Below are positions 18,072 through 25,180 of a stretch of DNA of 35,262 bases, in pieces. The stretch covers positions 1 to 35,262 of the IMG/VR virus record IMGVR_UViG_3300016654_000061; one strand, written 5' to 3'. Positions within the stretch are counted from its first letter, which is position 1. Each line of letters begins with the position of its first letter. Both the position numbers and the translations under genes were made by a program. This stretch comes from a virus (lineage: Duplodnaviria; Caudoviricetes). Under the pieces are notes generated by a model. It was not told the origin of the DNA and made no database searches. It saw only the letters and a program-made list of their open reading frames with translations.

Positions 18072-19385
18072 TCATTTGATATAAACGACTTGACCATGAC
18101 TAGGCATGGCTCGGCTATCACCAACAACTACCCACAACACAGGACTGCTGATACCCTGCGGGTCGCCCCACCCAGGCACATAGCCATCTGTTAGTACAAC
18201 GATTGCATCGGGCTGAACGGAACTCGATTCCGCTCGGAGATAGTCAAAGACACAGGCGGGGTCAGTACCACCACCGCCACGCACAGACTCGATGTCCATG
18301 ATCGACATACCACTATCGCGCTCGAATCGTTTGTGTGATTCGACCTGCGTATCCCACGCCAGCACATCGAGAATTTCGGGGTTAACTTCTTCGCGGATAG
18401 ATTCCAACTCAGAGAAGAACTGATCCCTCAAGTCACCATCAACCGAACCCGATACATCAACGCCACCCACGACACGACTGGTCGTCTCGCTGTAACTACT
18501 TGGCATGTAAATACCAAGCGATTGCAAACGCTTGTTGGGTTTGGCGTAGGTCGATAGGTCTTTGCCGGACATCGATGCCTTGATGAAGTCACGCATAACC
18601 TGCTTCCAGTCCAGCATCGGCTCGAGCAACTCGCCCAGTCCCAGTTCAGAATCGCCAGCAGACAGCCCGTACTTCTTGCACATAGCCTTGGACAACATCT
18701 CGCCTTGGCGTATGGCTTGGTCGATCTGAGATTTCAATGCGTCTTGCTCTTTTTGAGACAGTTGTTGCGGAGACTTATGGTCATGCTGATCGAACGACTC
18801 GGGCGTGCTGGTGTTAGCAGAAGGATTGCTTGGCGGTCGGGTGTTCGACTGCTTCTGACCACCGCCCTGACCTTGCTGACCTTGCTGACTTTGACCACCC
18901 TGCTGGTTGTTGTTGCTAGGTCTCTGTGGATTCTGACGATTGGATTTGATGAGTCGATAGACCATGCCAGCATCCATCCCACGATACTGCTCATCGTAGA
19001 CACCACCGATCGATGGGAACTTAGCGACTCTCTCGAACGGACCAACAGGTTGGTTCCAGTCCTCGATCATCAGGTTGATGACCGCATCGCAGGCAACGCC
19101 AGCAGTCTCAGCATCCTCATCGAACAGGTGTTTCCACAGGGTCGTGTGCTGGAACATCTTGTGGAAGTTCTCATGGGCGATAACAAACGCCAACTCCTTG
19201 TCATCCAGTTGGTCAATGAACTCAGGGTCATACCACTCGTTGCGCCCATCAGTACATGCCGTACCCCATCCTTCTTCGATAGTCACCTTGCCCATCAGCA
19301 TGATGCCGGACAACGCACAGAACTTCGGGTGTGTCATCAAGGCAACGCGTGCTTTCGCTACTCGTTGTTCAGGTGTTAGTTTCAT
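18072..19385 (-). CDS. DUF2201-type putative metallopeptidase plus vWA domain protein
   Basis: TACTDG, HENFH (HExxH), Q/N/G-rich linker, MIDAS DVSGS...GGGT...LTDG. Confidence 0.9.
   Translation of the reverse strand: MKLTPEQRVAKARVALMTHPKFCALSGIMLMGKVTIEEGWGTACTDGRNEWYDPEFIDQLDDKELAFVIAHENFHKMFQHTTLWKHLFDEDAETAGVACDAVINLMIEDWNQPVGPFERVAKFPSIGGVYDEQYRGMDAGMVYRLIKSNRQNPQRPSNNNQQGGQSQQGQQGQGGGQKQSNTRPPSNPSANTSTPESFDQHDHKSPQQLSQKEQDALKSQIDQAIRQGEMLSKAMCKKYGLSAGDSELGLGELLEPMLDWKQVMRDFIKASMSGKDLSTYAKPNKRLQSLGIYMPSSYSETTSRVVGGVDVSGSVDGDLRDQFFSELESIREEVNPEILDVLAWDTQVESHKRFERDSGMSIMDIESVRGGGGTDPACVFDYLRAESSSVQPDAIVVLTDGYVPGWGDPQGISSPVLWVVVGDSRAMPSHGQVVYIK
18219..18231. promoter_or_regulatory. Degenerate operator-like site inside the vWA gene (GGAACTCGATTCC)
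   Basis: Flanks GAAC...GCTCGG match those of the 23607 copy; the right half-site has an extra mismatch. Confidence 0.4.
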
Positions 19386-19404
19386 GGTGTTTCCTTTCTC
19401 GAAT

Positions 19405-19417
19405 GGAACTCAGTTCC
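19405..19417. promoter_or_regulatory. Operator-like site, copy 3 (GGAACTCAGTTCC)
   Basis: Intergenic, directly upstream of the vWA RBS. Confidence 0.75.
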
Positions 19418-19432
19418 GTTGGACTACTTGGT

Positions 19433-20515
19433 TTACTTAACATCGGGCAACATCCAATGGTTGTCCATTGCCCACTTGGCGAACTCCGCATTGCGGATTG
19501 TGAAGTCGCGCTTGTCCTTGATCTGATACAGGTTCGTACCGAACAGGGCTTGCGACTCCCGAGGCAGACGCTTCACATACTTAACGACTGCGGTCAGGTT
19601 GTCCTTCGTTGCGTAGTTCAGGGCTTGCTGAACCTGAATACACACAGCGATTGGATTGTCAGGTACACGCACACCAGTAGGATCTTTGATAATGTTTGCC
19701 CAGTCCTCAAGTTCCTGCTCTACGCTTGAGTACGCTTGCAGATCCGCCGCCGCGCTTGCACCGATAACGCCAGCCAAGTTCTTGTGGATGACACTCTCGG
19801 ACAGAACATCACGCCTATCCAATATGATCGATGCCCTAGCCAGCGACCGAGGCGCAACGAACGAACGCTTCGGCAGTTGTGGGAAATAGATATACGGATT
19901 GGGCGGGGCTTTGGGGTTGAAGTCCTTGCCAGCAAAGTCTGTGTACGACTGGAGACAATGCGGGTTCTTGTAGACCCAAGCCATCAGGGTTGGATTGATC
20001 TTGTTGTTACGAGCCCAAGTCAGCCACGCCTCTGCATCAGGTTTGCGTACATACAGATAGTCGATGCGAGAGATGAAGTGTGGAGGCATGTTGTCACCAA
20101 CGCCATCGGTTGTCATGTTACCGGTTGCAAATACAACAGACCCATCAGTCAGGTTCTTGTCGTACAGACGCCGGTCGTTGAAGGTTGGCATCAGCATGTT
20201 CATCACAGGGCGAGCAGACTTGGTCAACTCGTCTAGCAACATGACAACATCTTTACCCTTGTGAATCCCGAACCGAGCATTGGGTAGGAACTCAGTACAT
20301 CCCGACTCTTTGTCCTGATAGGGAGTGCCAAGGTCGCCCAACTCTAGGGTTGCACAGTCGATGGGTGCGTACTCATACCCCAACTCCGTAGCAATTTCCT
20401 GACCCATGGCAGTCTTGCCAATGCCAGGCTCACCGCATAGGAAGATGGGTACTTTGTTGCCAATGGCGAGAATCGACTGCTTGGCTTCTTCGAGGGTTAC
20501 TTGTTGCATATCCAT
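19433..20515 (-). CDS. MoxR/CobS-like AAA+ ATPase
   Basis: Walker A GEPGIGKT, Walker B MLLDE, sensor-1 ATGN, SR arginine finger, PRS sensor-2; adjacent to a vWA gene. Confidence 0.9.
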   Translation of the reverse strand: MDMQQVTLEEAKQSILAIGNKVPIFLCGEPGIGKTAMGQEIATELGYEYAPIDCATLELGDLGTPYQDKESGCTEFLPNARFGIHKGKDVVMLLDELTKSARPVMNMLMPTFNDRRLYDKNLTDGSVVFATGNMTTDGVGDNMPPHFISRIDYLYVRKPDAEAWLTWARNNKINPTLMAWVYKNPHCLQSYTDFAGKDFNPKAPPNPYIYFPQLPKRSFVAPRSLARASIILDRRDVLSESVIHKNLAGVIGASAAADLQAYSSVEQELEDWANIIKDPTGVRVPDNPIAVCIQVQQALNYATKDNLTAVVKYVKRLPRESQALFGTNLYQIKDKRDFTIRNAEFAKWAMDNHWMLPDVK

Positions 20516-20546
20516 GGTGTTTCCTTTCTTGTGGTTAACTTCGGAT

Positions 20547-20559
20547 GGAACTCAGTTCC
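20547..20559. promoter_or_regulatory. Operator-like site, copy 4 (GGAACTCAGTTCC)
   Basis: Intergenic, upstream of the AAA gene. Confidence 0.75.
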
Positions 20560-20561
20560 GT

Positions 20562-20972
20562 TCACTTCGACATCAGTCGAGCGATCTTCGTCTCAAGATA
20601 CTGAATGACAATATCCAGTCGGCGAATCTCTTCGACCAGTTCAAAGTTCTTGGCGATGGCTTCGTCAAGTTTGTCAGCCAGCCCCTTGCTAAAGAAGTCT
20701 AGTCCTACGCTTGGTTTGGTTGGCTTGAGTGGCTTGGCTGAACTACGCATACCACGATTGTGTTCCTCGACTATCTGCACTTGGTCGGGGTGCTTTGGCA
20801 CTCGGCGTACATACGCACGCACTTTGCCCTTGTTTTCCTTCTTCGCTTTCCTATTAAGCAAGTATCGCTGTGCATACACCCGCTTGATAGGCACATTGAG
20901 TTCCTTGGCAATTTCTTGGTTGGTCTTACCCATAATAATTTGGGTGCGGATTTTTACATTGATGTCTTTCAT
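20562..20972 (-). CDS. Basic protein with N-terminal HTH and C-terminal coiled coil
   Basis: KTNQEIAKELNVPIKRVYAQRY; leucine-zipper-like C-terminus; shared leader. Confidence 0.75.
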   Translation of the reverse strand: MKDINVKIRTQIIMGKTNQEIAKELNVPIKRVYAQRYLLNRKAKKENKGKVRAYVRRVPKHPDQVQIVEEHNRGMRSSAKPLKPTKPSVGLDFFSKGLADKLDEAIAKNFELVEEIRRLDIVIQYLETKIARLMSK

Positions 20973-20985
20973 GGTATTTCCTTTC

Positions 20986-21066
20986 TTAGTGTGGATTTAA
21001 GGCGAGTATTACTAGACCTGCTACTACAACTGCAAACACAACTACATCTATAAATTCAGGTTTCAT
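20986..21066 (-). CDS. 26-aa single-TM peptide (absent from the ORF track)
   Basis: MKPEFIDVVVFAVVVAGLVILALNPH; RBS GGGAGG; ATGA overlap. Confidence 0.65.
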   Translation of the reverse strand: MKPEFIDVVVFAVVVAGLVILALNPH

Positions 21067-21236
21067 TTCAGCCTCCCTCTGTCTGACGCTACAAGAATCA
21101 TCAGAGTGAACGCCACTAGACCAAGCGACAGGGCAACGACTGCCAGCGGGTACTCACCAGTATCGTTAGCCGATGCGGCTAGGTAGAAAAAGCCTACGCC
21201 AAGGCATAGGAAAAAGCCCTCGAAAAAGTTACTCAT
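21063..21236 (-). CDS. 57-aa two-TM membrane protein (absent from the ORF track)
   Basis: MSNFFEGFFLCLGVGFFYLAASANDTGEYPLAVVALSLGLVAFTLMILVASDRGRLK; RBS AGGAG. Confidence 0.7.
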   Translation of the reverse strand: MSNFFEGFFLCLGVGFFYLAASANDTGEYPLAVVALSLGLVAFTLMILVASDRGRLK

Positions 21237-21459
21237 TTGGTTCTCCTAAAAAGTCTTCGGGTTTAAGGATTGGGTGCTTCGTGGCTTCTTTTAGCCGCTC
21301 GATTAGGTTGTTAATCTCATCCATGTTTTCACCGGACATGAACGGCTCGGTGTATCCGGTGGGTTTGCCGTTGTCGTCATAAAAGACTTCACAAAATGCA
21401 ATCAACGGATCGCCACCATTCTCATCAGTCATGTCTACCAGTCTGTGATTCCAGTTCAT
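21229..21459 (-). CDS. Conserved hypothetical phage protein (76 aa)
   Basis: Start re-called at MNWNHRL; WNHR...EVFYDD.GKP motif; RBS GAGGAGG. Confidence 0.8.
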   Translation of the reverse strand: MNWNHRLVDMTDENGGDPLIAFCEVFYDDNGKPTGYTEPFMSGENMDEINNLIERLKEATKHPILKPEDFLGEPNE

Positions 21460-21614
21460 TTCGTTTCCTCCTCGTTGATGTTTGCCCAAAAGTCAGACGC
21501 GCCAAATGCAACTCGCATGGTTTCGCATGACTTATTGACTTGTTGCAGTATGTAGAGCGCCTCGACACTCTCCGGTTCTATTTCCTCGAACTCAAACACG
21601 ACTGTCACTTTCAT
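21456..21614 (-). CDS. Hypothetical protein (52 aa; absent from the ORF track)
   Basis: MKVTVVFEFEEIEPES...EEETK; ATGA overlaps at both ends. Confidence 0.7.
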   Translation of the reverse strand: MKVTVVFEFEEIEPESVEALYILQQVNKSCETMRVAFGASDFWANINEEETK

Positions 21615-21793
21615 ATCAGCCTCTCTTTCCGTATCTCGGTTAGGGCATTGTCAATAGCCGCCCGACCATACTTCACCTCAAGGTAGATGATTGCTTTGTT
21701 GAAGTCCCGATTCAGTCCCACTCGGGTGTCGGTCATCATCGCCGCGTTCATCACACGCAGGGTTAGCCATGCTTCTTCTGTCAACTCGTTCAT
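21611..21793 (-). CDS. Hypothetical protein (60 aa)
   Basis: Start re-called after AGGAGG; ATGA overlap. Confidence 0.7.
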   Translation of the reverse strand: MNELTEEAWLTLRVMNAAMMTDTRVGLNRDFNKAIIYLEVKYGRAAIDNALTEIRKERLI

Positions 21794-22296
21794 GCTTCCT
21801 CCTTTTCTTCGATTGGAACTCGGTTCCATTCACCACTTAACATCGGATTGATTTCGCCGAACGACATGTCGTCCTCGTCCATCACGATCTCACGACGAAC
21901 TCCTATACCATTGCACGCCCACTTCTCTGCCCATCCAAGATCCTCGATTTGCACATCTTCAGCTGCCCCACCTATGCGTACAAACCTAGCCTCGAATGTG
22001 GTCGAGCCGCCCTCGTCTTGTTGCTCGGCATTGATGAAGTTCTTGATGAACTGCCACAACATCTCCATGCGTTGCACCTGGGGGTAAGTCTCGTACCACT
22101 TCACATCACAGGCATGAAAGACGAAGTGGTCAGCACCGAACCCATAGTCTTGTTGGTCCCACCCCATGAGCACACCATCCTTCAGGCTCGGACCGAACTC
22201 AGCCAAGTGCCACAACTTAAACTGCACAAGGAATCGGTCGAACTGCTTTGGGGTTTGTGCGCCAATGAACATGGCGACATCTGATCGATAGCCCAT
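21790..22296 (-). CDS. Conserved hypothetical phage protein (MGYRSDV family)
   Basis: MGYRSDV...VKWY..YP.V...FVRIG; RBS AAGGAG; TAATG overlap. Confidence 0.8.
   Translation of the reverse strand: MGYRSDVAMFIGAQTPKQFDRFLVQFKLWHLAEFGPSLKDGVLMGWDQQDYGFGADHFVFHACDVKWYETYPQVQRMEMLWQFIKNFINAEQQDEGGSTTFEARFVRIGGAAEDVQIEDLGWAEKWACNGIGVRREIVMDEDDMSFGEINPMLSGEWNRVPIEEKEEA
21815..21827. promoter_or_regulatory. Operator-like site, copy 5 (GGAACTCGGTTCC)
   Basis: In the 3' end of a gene, upstream of the RBS of 21793. Confidence 0.7.
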
Positions 22297-22475
22297 TACT
22301 TGTTCTCCTTCCATTGGTCATAAGTCCAACTCACCATAACTTCTTGCATGGTGATGGGCTTGTCTTGGTTCGGCCGAACCAGTTTGGTTGTGACCGGAAC
22401 TGAGTTCCGTTGAGATCGCAGGTTGTTCATCCATTGGTTGAACTGCTCTCTCGTCATGGTTGTAGTTATTTTCAT
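22296..22475 (-). CDS. Hypothetical protein (59 aa; absent from the ORF track)
   Basis: MKITTTMTREQFNQW...WKENK; ATGA and TAATG overlaps. Confidence 0.6.
   Translation of the reverse strand: MKITTTMTREQFNQWMNNLRSQRNSVPVTTKLVRPNQDKPITMQEVMVSWTYDQWKENK
22396..22408. promoter_or_regulatory. Operator-like site, copy 6 (GGAACTGAGTTCC)
   Basis: 22391-22412 is identical over 22 nt to 24251-24272. Confidence 0.7.
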
Positions 22476-22711
22476 TGGAGTACCTCATCCTTTCTTTCTG
22501 CGTGGTAGTACTGCATGGCGGTCCCTGACACTAGGTCTATCAACTTGTTTTGTTCCATCCCAAAGTCGACAGCGACTAACATCAGCACCTCAAGCAATGC
22601 CGTTATGTTGACTGCGGCTGGCTTGCCATCGATCACATCGATGATCTGAGTGACCATCTCCTCGCGCATGGCTTGAAGTTCTTCTCTCGTTACAAATTTG
22701 GCTTCAATCAT
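22472..22711 (-). CDS. Hypothetical protein (79 aa)
   Basis: RBS GAGGTG; overlaps both neighbours. Confidence 0.7.
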   Translation of the reverse strand: MIEAKFVTREELQAMREEMVTQIIDVIDGKPAAVNITALLEVLMLVAVDFGMEQNKLIDLVSGTAMQYYHAERKDEVLQ

Positions 22712-22910
22712 TTTTTCTCACCTCTTTCTGGTTGGTCATCTTTAGTTCCTCGGGGTCGTAGATCAACTGGTACGCGCCCTTGCCATATGGGATACCGACT
22801 GTCCATTTCACAGTCTTGGCTTTCATGTCTCCACATTTTAGACAAGTGTCATAGCCTAGATCGGCGCGCTTCGGTACAACAACTGCTTTCCTGCATTTGA
22901 CGCATTTCAT
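22704..22910 (-). CDS. Small C4 zinc-finger protein (DksA/TraR-finger-like)
   Basis: CVKC-x16-CLKC with R...GY.TC; RBS ACAGGAG. Confidence 0.75.
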   Translation of the reverse strand: MKCVKCRKAVVVPKRADLGYDTCLKCGDMKAKTVKWTVGIPYGKGAYQLIYDPEELKMTNQKEVRKND

Positions 22911-22951
22911 GGTGGTTCTCCTGTCAAGAAGTTTAGGTATGGTGTGGATCT

Positions 22952-23109
22952 CACACCGCCGAGTGGGCTGGTCTTACAGGTGTTGGATGTCAGGTTTGTA
23001 CCTTTGTGTGCTCTATGTGTGTTCGGGGACAGGAGATAAACCCACATACAACTACATACGCAATACAAACCCACGCACCTTCCACCACGCCAACCTACTC
23101 GGCGGTATG
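22952..23109 (-). ncRNA. Long irregular RNA hairpin in the early leader, with anti-SD loop
   Basis: 20-bp basal stem 23109-23090/22971-22952 (two G-U pairs, one mismatch on the minus strand), further inner helices, loop AUCUCCUGUCCCC. Confidence 0.65.
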
Positions 23110-23202
23110 CCCTCAGACTCATGGCCCAAGGGACACCGCTTTTATGCCCTGCTATTTTTTTTGCAGTCGGGGTTTCCGAAATGTTAGGCAAGGGGGGACA
23201 AA

Positions 23203-23442
23203 CTAGATGGCATGACAACGGAAGTGAACGGAACTGAGTTCCGCTGGTTCAATTTTTATTCCGATGCAACGATCATCAGGGACACATAACCGCGCTTGCA
23301 CAGGTGAGAGTCTAATTTTTCTCAGGGTGTGCTTGGTTAGTCTTGTGTTTGATGGGGTCGTGTCTAATTTGTAACCCGCAGAGATACTGCTATACCACGA
23401 CGCTTTTCCAGCAGGGAGAACCTTCAAGGGGTTTAAGTGCAT
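23203..23442 (-). CDS. Possible small early protein (79 aa)
   Basis: AAGGGG RBS-like sequence; no recognisable motif; could be non-coding. Confidence 0.35.
   Translation of the reverse strand: MHLNPLKVLPAGKASWYSSISAGYKLDTTPSNTRLTKHTLRKIRLSPVQARLCVPDDRCIGIKIEPAELSSVHFRCHAI
23230..23242. promoter_or_regulatory. Operator-like site, copy 7 (GGAACTGAGTTCC)
   Basis: Exact core match. Confidence 0.7.
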
Positions 23443-23606
23443 GACTTATTCCCCTTGCTTTGCGGCTCTGTACTTTGGTGCGTTCTCTGAGCATGGGGTG
23501 CTGGTGTTGTTATTGGCTTTCTTCCCATACCCTCGAATACGCATCTTCTTGTGCGGGGTGGATACCGCACTTGCGCCTTGGGCTTTACGCCTACTCTGCA
23601 CCGAAC

Positions 23607-23619
23607 GGAACTGAGTTCC
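23607..23619. promoter_or_regulatory. Operator-like site, copy 8 (extended palindrome 23601-23625)
   Basis: CCGAACGGAAC-TGA-GTTCCGCTCGG, about 65 nt downstream of the leftward promoter. Confidence 0.75.
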
Positions 23620-23688
23620 GCTCGGCTTTTTTACCGCTAAATTGTGAAAGAACAGGGTGGGTAGTGACAAGACTACCCCCAGGGGGAG

Positions 23689-23717
23689 AGTATACCATAT
23701 ATTAGACAACAACACAA
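23689..23717 (-). promoter_or_regulatory. Leftward early sigma70 promoter with extended -10
   Basis: TTGTGT-N17-TATACT with TGn; followed by a 7-bp hairpin at 23659-23678. Confidence 0.65.
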
Positions 23718-23734
23718 TAGATTTGACAACTATT

Positions 23735-24166
23735 TTTGCACATTGGGACAATTGAGAGTTTGGACAAAGATGGGCTTTTGAGCGTTTGGACATTTGCACA
23801 TTTGAACAATCTCGGGATCGTTGGCTGGCTTGGATTGTACCAATGTGCAAAGTTGTTTGTGTGATTCGGGAAGGGATTGTAAATGTGCAATGTGCAAAAA
23901 GTGGTTTTGGGCAGGAAAATTTTTGCACATTTGTAAGTGCTTGATTCGGCGAGGGAAAAGAGGTCGATTGTGCAAATGTGCAAATGTCCAAAGAATTTTA
24001 AGAGAGCGCGCCCAAAAAAATAAAAAGAAAGCATGGGCAGTATGAGAGGTTCTTTTTAGTCTTCTCTCTTTTTTTTATAGAACATTTGAACATTTGAACA
24101 TTCTGCCTGGGAAGCCGCATGGTAGAGCCGTTTTTGAATGTGCAAAAGTTTTTTTGCGTTTGGACA
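23735..24166. repeat. Iteron field of TTTG[ACG]ACA octamers in both orientations; putative replication origin
   Basis: 15 exact copies counted, including tandem triplets; 27-nt inverted repeat 23785-23811/23966-23992; A/T tracts at about 24010-24080. Confidence 0.8.
23934..23946 (-). promoter_or_regulatory. IHF consensus site
   Basis: Minus strand AATCAAGCACTTA matches WATCAANNNNTTR exactly; lies within the iteron field. Confidence 0.6.
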
Positions 24167-24255
24167 TTCCTGGCAATCTAGCATTGGCGCGGGTCTTGGT
24201 TTTTGGGGCAGTTTTTGCCTTCCCGCAAACCCGCATGGTTAAGCCAAAAATGACC

Positions 24256-24268
24256 GGAACTGAGTTCC
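24256..24268. promoter_or_regulatory. Operator-like site, copy 9 (GGAACTGAGTTCC)
   Basis: Exact core match in non-coding DNA. Confidence 0.75.
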
Positions 24269-24372
24269 GTTGGGTGCGTGGGCCGAAAGCGTGGTCAGGC
24301 CGCTCTCTTTGTCACTGGCTTCGCCACTGGCATCGCTTCTCTTTTGACGCGGAGAAAGTTGTTGGGATGAGT

Positions 24373-24385
24373 GGAACTGAGTTCC
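24373..24385. promoter_or_regulatory. Operator-like site, copy 10 (GGAACTGAGTTCC)
   Basis: Exact core match in non-coding DNA. Confidence 0.75.
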
Positions 24386-24435
24386 GTTGGGGAGTGCTGG
24401 AGGATCGGATGGGGCGACATCGGGCGATGCAGACG

Positions 24436-24471
24436 AAAAAAAACCCCGCAAGCCCGAAGGCCTGCGGGGTT
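24436..24471 (-). terminator. Rho-independent terminator after the first early gene
   Basis: Minus strand CCCCGCAGGCC-UUCG-GGCUUGCGGGG followed by U8. Confidence 0.92.
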
Positions 24472-24487
24472 AGAAGGTGAAGCGGTA

Positions 24488-25135
24488 TTACTTAGCACCA
24501 GCGGGAACCGCGAACTTGACTCCCTTGGCGTGCTTGGTTGCCCATGCCTGAAGATCGGCACAGGCGGTCTTGTTACCAGCCTTATAGCAGGCATTGTAGA
24601 TACGCTGACCAGCATCTTGGACAACCTTTTCCAAAGTGCGTTTGCCTTTGGGTTTAGACTGCCGAGAGTTTGGGTTCTTGTCTTTCTCTTTCTCCGCGTT
24701 CTTGCCTGACTTCTCATTCTCGCACCATTTTATAAACTGGTTGAAGCGAGACTTGGCGTTATCCGCCTGTATCTTGACTTGATCGGCATCCGCACCATTG
24801 ACTGGATTGGACTTGATCTGACCGCGCGCAGAGTTGACTTCACAAACTACTTCCAAGTTCTTGGTCTGAAAGTGAGCGCGATAGAAATACAAACGCGGCG
24901 CAAGCGAAGTCTCTTGCTTCTCGAACCAGTTCTTGCCGTAGGTCTGGCAGGTGAGATTGTAAAAATTCCTGCGACACGCTGTGACCGAATCTTCTGCGGT
25001 CTGCAAGGTGTTGTCCGCGTTAGCCAAGGCAAAAGCGGACTTGGCAAGTTCTTGTTCGCGAACCTTCTCAGCGTTGATTGCGGGCTTCTTGGAAGGGGCT
25101 TTGCGTACTACTGGTTTGGTTTTGGCGTTAGCCAT
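24488..25135 (-). CDS. First leftward gene, basic hypothetical protein (215 aa)
   Basis: Start re-called at MANAKTK after ACAGGAG; monocistronic with its own terminator. Confidence 0.8.
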   Translation of the reverse strand: MANAKTKPVVRKAPSKKPAINAEKVREQELAKSAFALANADNTLQTAEDSVTACRRNFYNLTCQTYGKNWFEKQETSLAPRLYFYRAHFQTKNLEVVCEVNSARGQIKSNPVNGADADQVKIQADNAKSRFNQFIKWCENEKSGKNAEKEKDKNPNSRQSKPKGKRTLEKVVQDAGQRIYNACYKAGNKTACADLQAWATKHAKGVKFAVPAGAK

Positions 25136-25167
25136 TTCACATCTCCTGTAAAGATATTGAAGCGAAT

Positions 25168-25180
25168 GGAACTGAGTTCC
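25168..25180. promoter_or_regulatory. Operator-like site, copy 11 (GGAACTGAGTTCC)
   Basis: Upstream of the RBS of 25135; extended palindrome GCGAAT...GCTCGC. Confidence 0.75.

Noticed and set aside
18855-18915. Short tandem repeats (CCTTGCTGA) in the vWA gene
   Set aside because: They encode the low-complexity QQG linker typical of this protein family.
20287-20299. GGAACTCAGTACA inside the AAA gene
   Set aside because: The right half-site has two mismatches and the flanks do not fit the consensus.
23601-23632. Operator copy 8 plus T6 as a plus-strand terminator, or the palindromes as N4-type hairpin promoters
   Set aside because: Only this copy has a T-tract; the loops are not the GNA type of N4 promoters; no virion RNA polymerase motif is recognisable in the window.
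23446-24480. Cys-rich ORFs across the iteron region (e.g. 23446-23991, 23702-24034, 23730-23975, 24094-24480)
   Set aside because: By-products of the TGTGCAAA repeats, with no RBS or coding-like composition.
12511-25180. GGAAC...GTTCC repeats as a CRISPR array
   Set aside because: The core is only 13 bp, spacing is irregular (117 bp to several kb) with whole genes between copies, and there is no cas operon. The Cas4-like nuclease is an ordinary phage replication gene.
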